Shown here: one piece after another, positions 15,638-25,038 of the stretch
How positions within the stretch are numbered: the first letter of the stretch is position 1
Layout of the letters: each line of letters starts with the position of its first letter
Source of the DNA: Candidatus Doudnabacteria bacterium
Lineage (GTDB): Bacteria; Patescibacteriota; Doudnabacteria; UBA920
Assembly (NCBI GenBank): GCA_038203095.1
Contig: JBBREH010000004.1
Location: 1 to 51,935 of the forward strand
Length of the DNA stretch: 51,935 nt
Direction: 5' to 3'
The notes under the pieces: model-generated
What the model saw: the letters and a program-made list of their open reading frames with translations, nothing else
Told to the model about the DNA's origin: nothing
Database searches by the model: none
Program-made: the position numbers and the translations under genes

Positions 15638-15928
15638 ATGCAATACAAACATGAGTATGGCGTGGAATTGGAACAGCTTTTGCGCAAGGTGGCCGGTGAT
15701 AAAAATAAAGGCCTACTGAGGGAATTTTTGTTTGATTTGCTTTCACCTAAGGAATATAAAGACTTAGCTGTACGCTGGCAAATTATTAAGGCTTTAGAAG
15801 CTAAAGTCCCCCACCGCGACATTGCCAAAAAACTCAAAGTCGGGGTAGCCACAATTAACCGCGGCTCGCGCGAACTGGCCAACAAAAAGGGTGGGTTTAG
15901 ACAAGCTGTGGATAAATATTTAAAATAA
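15638..15928 (+). CDS. trpR: Trp repressor family protein (TrpR/YerC-YecD)
   Basis: DLLSPKEY..LAVRWQII..L....PHRDIAKKLKVGVATINRGSREL HTH signature; divergent from trpB2. Confidence 0.88.
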   Translation: MQYKHEYGVELEQLLRKVAGDKNKGLLREFLFDLLSPKEYKDLAVRWQIIKALEAKVPHRDIAKKLKVGVATINRGSRELANKKGGFRQAVDKYLK

Positions 15929-16175
15929 TTTTTTTAGATTACGACTGCTAAATGGTTATTTTCCGGGACAGTCTAAATATGACTTATGTACTGGATCCCG
16001 GACATTTTTCACAGCCCTGAAAAAGTCCTGGATGACAGCTAATTTTTGCTTCAGTCGCATGTTAGCTACACTCTTTTCTATTTACCCAAAAATTGCTTAG
16101 ACTGTTACTACCAATAACAAATATTAGGATTTATACAGTTTCATAATTCAAGACCCATACACACCATCAAAACTT

Positions 16176-16207
16176 AAAAACCGTCCTTTTATTAGGACGG
16201 TTTTTTT
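16176..16207. terminator. Bidirectional intrinsic terminator
   Basis: AAAAACCGTCCT-loop-AGGACGGTTTTTTT between convergent trpR and hpf. Confidence 0.75.
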
Positions 16208-16289
16208 ATTACATAATTCAATCAAAACATCTTCTCCATAGAGCCTGCCCCGCGCTTGACACGAGATCGAAAAATATTTTGCCGCCTTG

Positions 16290-16610
16290 CTAATGGGTCT
16301 TTTCGCGTTTACGTCTTTGGCTAACTTTTTTGTCTTTTAAGCGGGCAAGTTGTTTTTTAATTTTGGGAAGAACTAAGTCAAGCGCCGAATAAAAATCTAA
16401 GCCCCTGGCTTCCGCATATTGACCGCGAGGCTGAATATCAATTTCCACTCGAAAACTTGTTCCGCCGCTGTGTTTTTTATCCAATTCAATTTCTACACGA
16501 ATTTTATCTTCCTCGCGAATAAAAACTTCCAAAATTTGCAATTTTTCAAGAATAAATTCTTTAATTGCAGGTGTGAGAGTTGTATTGGTAGCTTTGATAT
16601 TGACATTCAT
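16290..16610 (-). CDS. hpf: Ribosome hibernation factor (HPF/RaiA)
   Basis: MNVNIKATNTTLTPAIKEFILEKL...DFYSALDLVLPKIKKQL. Confidence 0.88.
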   Translation of the reverse strand: MNVNIKATNTTLTPAIKEFILEKLQILEVFIREEDKIRVEIELDKKHSGGTSFRVEIDIQPRGQYAEARGLDFYSALDLVLPKIKKQLARLKDKKVSQRRKREKTH

Positions 16611-16703
16611 ATAAAATTTTTCCGAAAATTTTAGTTTGTAAAATGATACTATTTTATTATCTTTGGTTATTATAGCATACTTTCTTTTCCCGATGTGTCC
16701 TCC

Positions 16704-16788
16704 TGTAGCCAGCCCATCCCGTATCGGGTACAAGACAGATTCATAGGCTTTTATTTAATAAGGACAGCCGATAAATCGGCTAACTACA
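16704..16788. repeat. REP doublet (REPIN-like)
   Basis: TGTAGCCAGCCC...AGGACAGCCGATAAATCGGCTAACTACA. Confidence 0.75.
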
Positions 16789-16816
16789 GCCTTATGTTTA
16801 AAGGCTTCTTGACCAC

Positions 16817-17872
16817 TTAAAAGCCTACCAATTCTGGTTCAAATTGCAGTTCTATTCCGGTCTTGTCTAATATTGATTGCCTGACCAGTTTAGCTAAATT
16901 TAGCACATCATCGGCAAAGGCGGTGCCGGTTTGATTGATTATTACCAAGGGCTGATTTTCATTTATAGCCGCGCCCCCAACGGATGAACTTTTTAATCCG
17001 CAAAGCTCAATTAAAAATGCGGCAGGCAATTTAACCTGGTTGCCCTCACTAAACTTTTTCTTTTCCATTTCCAAAACTTTTTCCGTTCCAAATGATTTTT
17101 CAATAATTTTTTTGCAACTTTCATAGCCATTTTTGTCAAAAAATGGGTTTTTAAAAAAGGATCCCGCGTTGCCCTTGACCGCCTCAGTCGGAAAAGGAAA
17201 TTTTTGGTCACGGATGTTTATTACCGCCAACCGGATTTCTCCCAGGGTCGGAATCCTATTTTGAAATTTTAAATTCAAATCTCGGTAGCTTAAATTTGGC
17301 TTGCCGTCTTTTTTTAAATTAAAAATAATTTCAAAAATTATATACTTGCCTTTTTCCGAGGTATTAAAAATGCTTTGCCGGTAGCCAAAACCGCAGGCGC
17401 TATTTTTAAAACTGCTTATTGTCCGGCTTTCTCGGTTAAATACTGTCACAGACTCTATAACATTTTTTGCCTCCTGACCATAAGCACCCACATTTTGCAC
17501 GGCTATCGCACCGGTGGAGCCTGGTATATGCGATAGATTCTCAATCCCCCACCAGTTGTTTTTTACCGCAAAGCTTACAACTTCGTCCCAAACTTCTCCG
17601 GAAGCAACCTTTAAAGTGACGTACGATGAGTCTTCTGCCAAAACTTCTATGCCTTTATTGACAACTTTTATTACCAGCCCATCAAAGCCCTTATCACTAA
17701 TTAGCAAATTGCTCCCGCCACCTAACACAAAAGCGTTTAAACGATTTTGTTTTGCAAACTCAAAAGCCGTTAGCGCGTCAAACTGGTCCTTAACCACACA
17801 GAAATATTTGGCCGGTCCACCAATTTTAAAAGTGGTATATGGCGCTAATTGTACATTTTCTTGAATTTGCAT
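16817..17872 (-). CDS. murB: UDP-N-acetylmuramate dehydrogenase
   Basis: TTFKIGGPA, LGGGSNLL, IPGSTG, QNVGAYG, GNAGSFFKNP. Confidence 0.97.
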   Translation of the reverse strand: MQIQENVQLAPYTTFKIGGPAKYFCVVKDQFDALTAFEFAKQNRLNAFVLGGGSNLLISDKGFDGLVIKVVNKGIEVLAEDSSYVTLKVASGEVWDEVVSFAVKNNWWGIENLSHIPGSTGAIAVQNVGAYGQEAKNVIESVTVFNRESRTISSFKNSACGFGYRQSIFNTSEKGKYIIFEIIFNLKKDGKPNLSYRDLNLKFQNRIPTLGEIRLAVINIRDQKFPFPTEAVKGNAGSFFKNPFFDKNGYESCKKIIEKSFGTEKVLEMEKKKFSEGNQVKLPAAFLIELCGLKSSSVGGAAINENQPLVIINQTGTAFADDVLNLAKLVRQSILDKTGIELQFEPELVGF

Positions 17873-17880
17873 AGTTAAAA

Positions 17881-18170
17881 TTATTCCGTTAAATCTTTTG
17901 AATCAAATAACTTATCGTTTATGTATTGATTAATTGCTAGCATATCAGCATTTTCATCAAAGTTCTCTGTTTTTAACCCCAGCAAGACTTTAAACACTGC
18001 GACTGCCATTCTGTCTGTTTTGCTAAAATTTTCTTTTCCTGAATTCGCAAGCTCAAGAATCTGCTTGCCAACAAATTTATACAAAGCTCCAAAAGTTGTA
18101 TTTGAAGGAATGGATTCTTTTTTTCACTGAAATCTAAAAAAGTTAAAACTGTTGTTAGTAGTGCTCTCAT
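17881..18170 (-). other. Hypothetical gene split at an A7 run (frameshifted)
   Basis: ATG at 18170 overlaps the upstream stop; a -1 shift at GAA AAA AAG joins it to the 17881-18084 frame. Confidence 0.45.
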
Positions 18171-18409
18171 TTTTTAATTTTTTCAGCTTCTTCAAAAGCA
18201 ACTAACTGAGCATCGGAACTTAATTCATAATTTTCTAAAAATTTTTCATCTTCATCGGCTTTTATTAGTGCCCGCTGCATTGCTTCATCTGTAAAAATTT
18301 TAGCGAATTCCAAGTCTTGGTCTACTGATTCGGGCGTGTTTAAATTTTTTGGATTTCCTGCCAGCCAAGTTTCAAACTCGGCCATTTGTTCTGATGTTGG
18401 TTTTGACAT
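18167..18409 (-). CDS. Acidic hypothetical protein
   Basis: 80-aa ORF tightly coupled to murC/mpl. Confidence 0.7.
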   Translation of the reverse strand: MSKPTSEQMAEFETWLAGNPKNLNTPESVDQDLEFAKIFTDEAMQRALIKADEDEKFLENYELSSDAQLVAFEEAEKIKK

Positions 18410-18411
18410 AT

Positions 18412-19920
18412 TTATAAAATTTCCTTTAACTCATAAGCCAGCCGGTTAAAACTGCCTACGGCCATTACAATAATGACGTCGCCGGAGTGGGCTTCGGATT
18501 TTAGGATTTCTAGAGCTTGTTGTTTGTTTGCGACAAGACGGATGTGCTTGTGGTGGAGGCCGATGGTCTCCGCTACGGCTTGTGATGTTATGCTCGCGTC
18601 AGATTGTTTTTCGCGCGCGGGATAGATTTCGGACACCAGGACTTCATCGGCTGAGCCAAAACTTTTTATAAGATCTGGCAATGTGGCTTTGGTGCGGGAA
18701 AAAGTGTGAGGTTCAAAGATGGCCCAGAGTTTAGGCTTATTAGAAGATGTTTGCCTTTGTAGGGAAGGGTCTAGACCCTTCCCTAGAACTGAAAAATATC
18801 TTAAACGCGCAGCTTCTAAAGTTTCCCTAACCGCGGTGGGGTGATGAGCGTAATCGTCCACAATGGTAATCCCGTTTTTTACCCCGACAATTTCGAAACG
18901 CCTTTTTACGCCTTTATAAGTTAACAGATCAAGGGCAATTTGTTCCTGATTAAAACCCAAAGCACGCAAAGTGGCAATCACCGCCAAAGAGTTATATACG
19001 TTTATTTTTCCCGGCAATTGAATTTTATACTGTTCAGTTAAACCCAAAAGTCTTCCGGAAATATTTTTAGAAAATTTATTTATAATTTCTAAAGTTGTGA
19101 ATTCTGGCCCGTACTGAATTTGATCTATTTTAAAATCTGCTTCGTTATCGATTCCAAAACTCACACTGCTAATGTTGGATTCATGAACAAGTTTGGTTAA
19201 CAGCACATCATCGGCATTATAAATAATCAACCCGTCTTCCGGCATTTTCTCTATTAACAGTCTAAATTCCTCTTCCAAGGCTTCTAGGCTTTCAAACATA
19301 TCCGGATGGTCATACTCCAAATTGGTTAAAACTAAAATATCGGCTTTGTAAAATTGAAATTTAGGCGTTGGATCGTCAAACTCTTCTTTATATTCATCGC
19401 CTTCAAAAATAAAATAATGCCCGTCACCAATGTAAAAATTACTTTCGTAATTCTGCAAAACTGCCCCAGCCATAAATGAGCTGTCGTCTAGGTTTTTCAA
19501 TAAATGTCCTAATAAGCCGGTAGTAGTAGATTTCCCGTGCGTCCCCGCAACCACAACACGAAGTTTTGATTTGTTAATTTCATAAAGAAATTCGGCTAAG
19601 CCAATATGAAGCAAATTATTTTCGTAAACATACTTAACTTCGGGATTGCTTAAATCTTCACCGGCAGATATCACAAACAAGTCGGCAGATGCTGACCTAA
19701 CATGTTCTTCATCGTAACCTTTAAAATATTTTATACCCGATTTATCCAACACGTCTTTGGCTGGCGCGTAAACTTCACGGCTGTCCGACCCGCTTACTTT
19801 AAACTCAAAAACGCGGGCAATATTAGCGACCGCTGACATGGCAATGCCGCCAATGCCGACAAAATATACCCGAGCACCTTTCACTAAAATTTTTTCTAAA
19901 TTCATACCAAGATTAAGCAT
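18412..19920 (-). CDS. MurC/Mpl family peptidoglycan ligase
   Basis: VGIGGIAMS, AGTHGKSTTT, EGDEY (Mpl-like), DDYAHHPT. Confidence 0.92.
   Translation of the reverse strand: MLNLGMNLEKILVKGARVYFVGIGGIAMSAVANIARVFEFKVSGSDSREVYAPAKDVLDKSGIKYFKGYDEEHVRSASADLFVISAGEDLSNPEVKYVYENNLLHIGLAEFLYEINKSKLRVVVAGTHGKSTTTGLLGHLLKNLDDSSFMAGAVLQNYESNFYIGDGHYFIFEGDEYKEEFDDPTPKFQFYKADILVLTNLEYDHPDMFESLEALEEEFRLLIEKMPEDGLIIYNADDVLLTKLVHESNISSVSFGIDNEADFKIDQIQYGPEFTTLEIINKFSKNISGRLLGLTEQYKIQLPGKINVYNSLAVIATLRALGFNQEQIALDLLTYKGVKRRFEIVGVKNGITIVDDYAHHPTAVRETLEAARLRYFSVLGKGLDPSLQRQTSSNKPKLWAIFEPHTFSRTKATLPDLIKSFGSADEVLVSEIYPAREKQSDASITSQAVAETIGLHHKHIRLVANKQQALEILKSEAHSGDVIIVMAVGSFNRLAYELKEIL
18759..18786. repeat. 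GTAG-type REP palindrome within murC/mpl
   Basis: GTAGGGAAGGGTCTAGACCCTTCCCTAG, read as LGKGLDPSL. Confidence 0.85.
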
Positions 19921-19994
19921 ATTTGTTTAAGATTCTTCGGCCGCAGATAATATCCTTATTTCGGCCTCAGAATGACGCCGACCAAACAACAAGT

Positions 19995-20924
19995 CTATTG
20001 GCTACTTTTTGCCTTAATTAATTCCAAAATCTTCGGCAAGTTTTCCAGCGCGCATTTTCTACCAAGTTCATAATGATAAACCATTGCATGCCTAGACACA
20101 TCGCTACGCTTTAGTCTTTTAAAATCGGGAACTATCATTAAATCCCCTTCTGGTTCAGCATCCTGCTTTTTGGAGCTGGTTTTAATTACCAAATCTAGGC
20201 TCTTGCCCCAAACCGCGAACAGCCCGGGAATTTTATTACTGTCTTCGTCTTCATCTCCCGGAAAAAGGTATTTAATCCAGGATTCAATTTCTTCAACAAA
20301 TAACATCTTTTTTAAAAAATTAAAAGCCTTTTTTAAAGTAATTTGTCTCTCGGTGAAAATGTGCTTGGTACTCCGCATATTAATACCAATGCTAATATCC
20401 GCCTGCCAATTTTGCAAAACGTCCATGGGCACAATGGTTAAGATTCCGCCGTCAACTAAAGTATGTCTGCCCCAACGACTAGCTTCAATTAAACCCGGAA
20501 CGGTGCTAGAAATGCAAGCGGCCTTGGCAATGTCGCCAATGCACAGTGGTACTTTTTCTCCGGTGTCTATATCAACGGCAATAAAAGCCATTTTGGTCTT
20601 AACCTCTTCGAAAGTTGCCCCTTTAGTTAATCTGTTCTGAATTTCTTCTTCAATCAAATCGAGCGCATAAAAGCCCGAGCCATTTTGGCTTTTTTTGATT
20701 AGTTTTTTGACTTCCTCTTTGGTGACCGTAAGGGCAAAGTTTTTTAAAATCTCCAGCGTACCGCAGGCATAAGCAGCAGCCACAACCGATCCACCGCTGC
20801 AGGCCGCAATGTAATCAACTTTAATATTGTGCTGGCTAAGCACTTCTAAAAAACCAATGTAGAAAGTGGTGCGATTACCGCTCCCGCTTAAGGCCAGCCC
20901 AATTGTAGGTTTTTTTAAGGTCAT
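19995..20924 (-). CDS. Patatin-like phospholipase family protein
   Basis: GLALSGSG, ACSGG nucleophile elbow, LVDGG. Confidence 0.85.
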   Translation of the reverse strand: MTLKKPTIGLALSGSGNRTTFYIGFLEVLSQHNIKVDYIAACSGGSVVAAAYACGTLEILKNFALTVTKEEVKKLIKKSQNGSGFYALDLIEEEIQNRLTKGATFEEVKTKMAFIAVDIDTGEKVPLCIGDIAKAACISSTVPGLIEASRWGRHTLVDGGILTIVPMDVLQNWQADISIGINMRSTKHIFTERQITLKKAFNFLKKMLFVEEIESWIKYLFPGDEDEDSNKIPGLFAVWGKSLDLVIKTSSKKQDAEPEGDLMIVPDFKRLKRSDVSRHAMVYHYELGRKCALENLPKILELIKAKSSQ

Positions 20925-20929
20925 TAGAT

Positions 20930-22117
20930 TTATTTTTCCGCAATCTTTAAAATTATTTCGCTGATTTTTTTGCCGGCATCATGAAGCATAATTTTGCTTA
21001 TTTTTTGCTTTAGGATTTGCTGACCTTGATGTTCAAAGAGCATTTTCCTCATAAACATAACAAAACCTTTAGGCTTGATTTGGTTCTGACTTAGGACAAT
21101 CGCAGCGTGGCACTCGTCTAAATATAACGCATTCATTTCCTGGTGACTATTCAGCATAGGCACTATTATACTGACTTTTTTTAGGTTGGACAACTCGGTA
21201 ATAGTGGAAAGTCCCGCCCTAGAGAGTACCACATCCGCGGCGGCGTACGCATCTGCCATGTTTTCAATAAATTCGCAGGGATGGTAGTTTTCGTAGTTCC
21301 CACTGTTTGATCTGACTAAAGAACCGGAGATATAATTAGAATCTGAGTGATTGCCAATTTTTTTAAATGCCCTACTGAGTATATTTCGAGAATTCTCTAA
21401 CGAAGAAAGCTTACCCACCCCGGTAGAATGGATAATTTGTACAGTTTTTGATAACTCGGGCAAAGTTTCTAAAACTAATTTATTAATAAAATCAGCGCCA
21501 GTACCACCACCCAATACCAGCAATGTGGGAAGATCAGTTTTTAAGTTAAAATATTTGACTGCGCTGGCCTTATTGCCCAAGGCAAACTCTTCCCTAAAAG
21601 GGTTGCCTGTTAAAATTACTTTATCCTGAGCTTTTCCGTAAAAAATTCCCGCGTTGCTGGCAAAACTCTTCAAGTTAATTTCGAAAGTCACGGTAATTTT
21701 GGCCGCCACAACTTGGCAAAGCCGATTAGCCAGACTGGGCACAATATCCTGTTGGTGCAAAACTACGGGAATTTTTAAAAACCACGCGGCCCAAACTACC
21801 GGAACCTGCACAAAACTGCCGGTACCAAATACACAGTCGGGCTTAAACCATTTTAAAATCTTATAAGCCTCCCAAAACCCCTTGCAAACAAAAAATGGTG
21901 AGGTGAAATTCTTGAAGGAAAAATACCGCCTGAATTTGCCAGCGCTAACAAATACAAACGAGACACCCGCTTTGCGAGCCATTTGGCTCTCGGGTCCAGT
22001 TTTTGTACCCACCATTAAAAACTTAGTTTTAGGGTGGATTTTTTTTATTTCACTGGCGACAGCAAGAAGAGGAGAAACAGGTCCGCCACTGCCACCACCG
22101 ACTAGTAAAATTTTCAT
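20930..22117 (-). CDS. murG: Undecaprenyl-PP-MurNAc-pentapeptide GlcNAc transferase
   Basis: GGGSGGPVSP, TGNPFR, VLGGGTGA, SRAGLSTITEL, HQEMNA. Confidence 0.93.
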   Translation of the reverse strand: MKILLVGGGSGGPVSPLLAVASEIKKIHPKTKFLMVGTKTGPESQMARKAGVSFVFVSAGKFRRYFSFKNFTSPFFVCKGFWEAYKILKWFKPDCVFGTGSFVQVPVVWAAWFLKIPVVLHQQDIVPSLANRLCQVVAAKITVTFEINLKSFASNAGIFYGKAQDKVILTGNPFREEFALGNKASAVKYFNLKTDLPTLLVLGGGTGADFINKLVLETLPELSKTVQIIHSTGVGKLSSLENSRNILSRAFKKIGNHSDSNYISGSLVRSNSGNYENYHPCEFIENMADAYAAADVVLSRAGLSTITELSNLKKVSIIVPMLNSHQEMNALYLDECHAAIVLSQNQIKPKGFVMFMRKMLFEHQGQQILKQKISKIMLHDAGKKISEIILKIAEK

Positions 22118-22129
22118 AAATGAAAATTT

Positions 22130-22204
22130 ATATCTATAATCTATAATCTTTAATCTTTAATCTTTAATCTTTAACAAATATCGGTTCGTTAAGGATTAAG
22201 GATT
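22130..22204. repeat. Heptamer tandem repeat (TAATCTT)n with inverted counterpart
   Basis: TAATCTA/TAATCTT arrays followed by TTAAGGATTAAGGATT; similar block at 33995-34075. Confidence 0.75.
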
Positions 22205-23316
22205 TGCCCATACACGACCAACGTCTCTCTTGCCGTTTTATCCCAGCTAAAGAATATTGATCTTTCCAAGCTTCTTGTTTGTAACTGTTGATGGAACTGG
22301 CTGTCGCGAGAAAGCAAATGCATTTTCTCGCCAATATCTTCAGGATCTAACGGGTTGAAATATATTGCCGCGTTATCGTATATTTCGTTAAAAACTTCAA
22401 TATTAGACACTAGCAAAGGTAAGCCAAAACTCAATGCCTCCACACCGGGCAAGCCAAAGCCTTCGTGGAGCGAGGCAGACACAAATCCGTAAGCGCCTTT
22501 ATATAAAGCTGATAATTCCCGATCATCTACAGTGCCTGTAAAAATTAAACGTCCGCTGTTTTTAATGTCCAAAGCCTTATGTTTGATTTCCGGGTAGTGC
22601 GGATCGCTTTTACCCACGACCACAAAATCCATATCTACTTTATATTTTTGAATAAGGTAATCAAAGCCCCGGGTTAAGTTAACCAAATTTTTTTTACGTT
22701 CCAGCACGCCAACAAACAAAAAATAAGGTTTTTGAATTAGATACCTATTTTTTACCTCAGTAACTTTTTCATTAGCAATGTCATTATTTAACGACGAACC
22801 CTCATAGATAACTTGAATTTTCCCAGACGGGATTTGCAAATAAGAAGCAATGTCTTTTTTTGAAGCTTCCGAGACCGTGATAATTTTTTTTGCATTTTTT
22901 GCAGCCGATTCAATAACTTTTTTGTAAGCTAAAAAGTGTAAATAGTGGCTTTTTTTTGCGCCGCTAATTTTATGGTGCACCATATCGTGAATGGTAACCA
23001 CAAACGGCCGTTTGTAAAAAATTGGCAGGTTAAAATTGGGGAAGTGGGCTAAGTCGAGATTGCATTTATTTAACTGCCTTAAAAAACTCGTCTGTTCACC
23101 AAAAGAATAATGGCGACTGTTGGTGTGAATTAATTTTATACTAGGATATTTTTCCAGTGCCACAATGGTTTCCGGCGCCATCTGTTTTTTGTTTACAAAA
23201 AGAAAATATTTATTTCCCTGATCCAACGCCAAAATCCGCGGAAAAAGCTCCTGGCAATACCTGCCAATCCCGCCGTGCTCTGTGCCGTATAGTCTTAAAT
23301 CTAAACCAATTCTCAT
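22189..23316 (-). CDS. Glycosyltransferase family 4
   Basis: MRIGLD start, FVGVLERKKN, EGFGLPGVEA. Confidence 0.93.
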   Translation of the reverse strand: MRIGLDLRLYGTEHGGIGRYCQELFPRILALDQGNKYFLFVNKKQMAPETIVALEKYPSIKLIHTNSRHYSFGEQTSFLRQLNKCNLDLAHFPNFNLPIFYKRPFVVTIHDMVHHKISGAKKSHYLHFLAYKKVIESAAKNAKKIITVSEASKKDIASYLQIPSGKIQVIYEGSSLNNDIANEKVTEVKNRYLIQKPYFLFVGVLERKKNLVNLTRGFDYLIQKYKVDMDFVVVGKSDPHYPEIKHKALDIKNSGRLIFTGTVDDRELSALYKGAYGFVSASLHEGFGLPGVEALSFGLPLLVSNIEVFNEIYDNAAIYFNPLDPEDIGEKMHLLSRDSQFHQQLQTRSLERSIFFSWDKTARETLVVYGQILNP

Positions 23317-23366
23317 ATGATCTTTGTTTATTATCGAGGATGTAGCGGAGGCCATCGGCCTCCATC

Positions 23367-24482
23367 TCAAGATTGTAACGAGCTTAAAATCCCCTGCGCC
23401 GTATCTCGCCAATTAAATTTTTTTACGCGCTCCAAACCTTTTTCAATCAATTGCGCTCTCAAATTTCCATTATTCAAAACAATATTTAGACTTTCAGCAA
23501 CACTATTTATGTCATAAGGATTAATAAATAACCCTGCATCCCCTACTACCTCGGGAAGCGATGTAAGCTGGCTAACAATTACCGGCGTACCCACCGCCAT
23601 TGCCTCCAAGGGTTGGAAGCCAAAACCTTCATAATAGCTCGGATAAATTAGTGTTCTAGCCAGCTTAATTATAGCTGATTTATGGTTTTCACTCACATAG
23701 CCTATGTATTTGATTTTGGCAAATTTTTTACTGCTTTTAATTAACTGAAAATCTTTTTTATATTTCCAGCCCAAGCGCCCCGCAATAACCAGTGACTCCG
23801 GTCCGCTATACATCTCAAAAGCTTTTATGACTCCGGCTAAATTTTTTCTAGGTTCAATAGTATTTAAAAATAAGATATACTCGCCGGGCAAGCCATAAAC
23901 ATTCCTAGCCGCTCTCAGATTTTCTAGTGCTAATTCGTGCGAATTAGCATTCAAATTTGTAGCCGGATAAACTACTTTAATTTTTTCCGGATTAATTTTA
24001 AACACGCGGACTAAATCATTCTTAGTGTATTCGGAAACCGCAAACAAAATATTAGCTCGTTCAAAAGCCGACTTATAATTTAAAAATTTGTGCCAGACTC
24101 TTCTTTTGATGTCGTAAAACTCCGGGGTTAAAACCGGAGAAAGGTCGTGAACGACAATTGCCAGTTTAGTTTTGCCATTAATGGAAAACTGATTCAAATT
24201 AGGCATAAACAGCCAATCCACTTCGCCAACCAATTTTTCCAGTTTAATCATATTGAATTTTAAAGCCAAATTTAAAAGTTTGCTGGGCATCCTGGTGTGC
24301 CTGACTTGCGAATTTACATAATGAAAATCGGGCAACTGTTTTTGCCTAAATGAATTGTAAAATAATATATATTTATTCTGCTTGTCCAGCGGCAGCAAAT
24401 TTTCCAGCAAATTCAAACAGTAATTTTCCACTCCGGAAATAGTGCCACTCGACAAGCTCCTTAAATCAATCGCGATTTTCAT
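23367..24482 (-). CDS. Glycosyltransferase family 4
   Basis: [21 protein letters not shown]. Confidence 0.93.
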   Translation of the reverse strand: MKIAIDLRSLSSGTISGVENYCLNLLENLLPLDKQNKYILFYNSFRQKQLPDFHYVNSQVRHTRMPSKLLNLALKFNMIKLEKLVGEVDWLFMPNLNQFSINGKTKLAIVVHDLSPVLTPEFYDIKRRVWHKFLNYKSAFERANILFAVSEYTKNDLVRVFKINPEKIKVVYPATNLNANSHELALENLRAARNVYGLPGEYILFLNTIEPRKNLAGVIKAFEMYSGPESLVIAGRLGWKYKKDFQLIKSSKKFAKIKYIGYVSENHKSAIIKLARTLIYPSYYEGFGFQPLEAMAVGTPVIVSQLTSLPEVVGDAGLFINPYDINSVAESLNIVLNNGNLRAQLIEKGLERVKKFNWRDTAQGILSSLQS

Positions 24483-25032
24483 CTAAGTTTGATTTATTTG
24501 TAAAAGCAGCAGTTTCTTGTTTTAGAATCCCAGCTATTGTGCTTGCTTCCATATGCCGATTAGCAAGAATAATAGCCCGAGTAAAAAAATAGTCCGTTAT
24601 TTGTCGGCCATTAAACCCAAAAGTTGCCTCAGCCGCCGGTATATATATTTCATAAGCTGGATAATCTGGCACAAAAGCATATTGATTGTCTGGATTGGGA
24701 GGGTTATGTATTTTTTCCTCTTGGACCTCTTTCAATCTCTCCCTTGCCTCCAGTACAGCTTCATCCGGACTTTGCGATTTATAATAATCACCATAAAGCG
24801 TGCGATAAATCTCTTCAAGTTCGAGAGCTGATCTATATCTATCCAATTCATTATTCTTGCTTTTCTCTGCTGTTTTTAAATTTCTCTCAGCAATTTCTTG
24901 CTTTGTAAAAATTCTAGACGCAATAAGTTCAACTCCATTAATTACTATTTGATATATCCTATTTTCAGGAATGTTCTCTGATTTATAATAATCAGCCCCC
25001 GGATACATCTCTAGTTTCGTTCCCTCTGGCAT
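24466..25032 (-). CDS. Hypothetical protein
   Basis: 188-aa ORF inserted between glycosyltransferase genes. Confidence 0.7.
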   Translation of the reverse strand: MPEGTKLEMYPGADYYKSENIPENRIYQIVINGVELIASRIFTKQEIAERNLKTAEKSKNNELDRYRSALELEEIYRTLYGDYYKSQSPDEAVLEARERLKEVQEEKIHNPPNPDNQYAFVPDYPAYEIYIPAAEATFGFNGRQITDYFFTRAIILANRHMEASTIAGILKQETAAFTNKSNLDENRD

Positions 25033-25038
25033 AAATTT

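Noticed and set aside
15955-19976. Degenerate ...GGATGAC / CAGAATGAC palindromic remnants at about 15955-16037 and 19930-19976
   Set aside because: Too decayed to define boundaries; noted only as probable members of yet another repeat family.
21300-21410. Apparent ~35-aa insertion in MurG as another repeat insert
   Set aside because: No palindrome or match to the other repeat families is visible.
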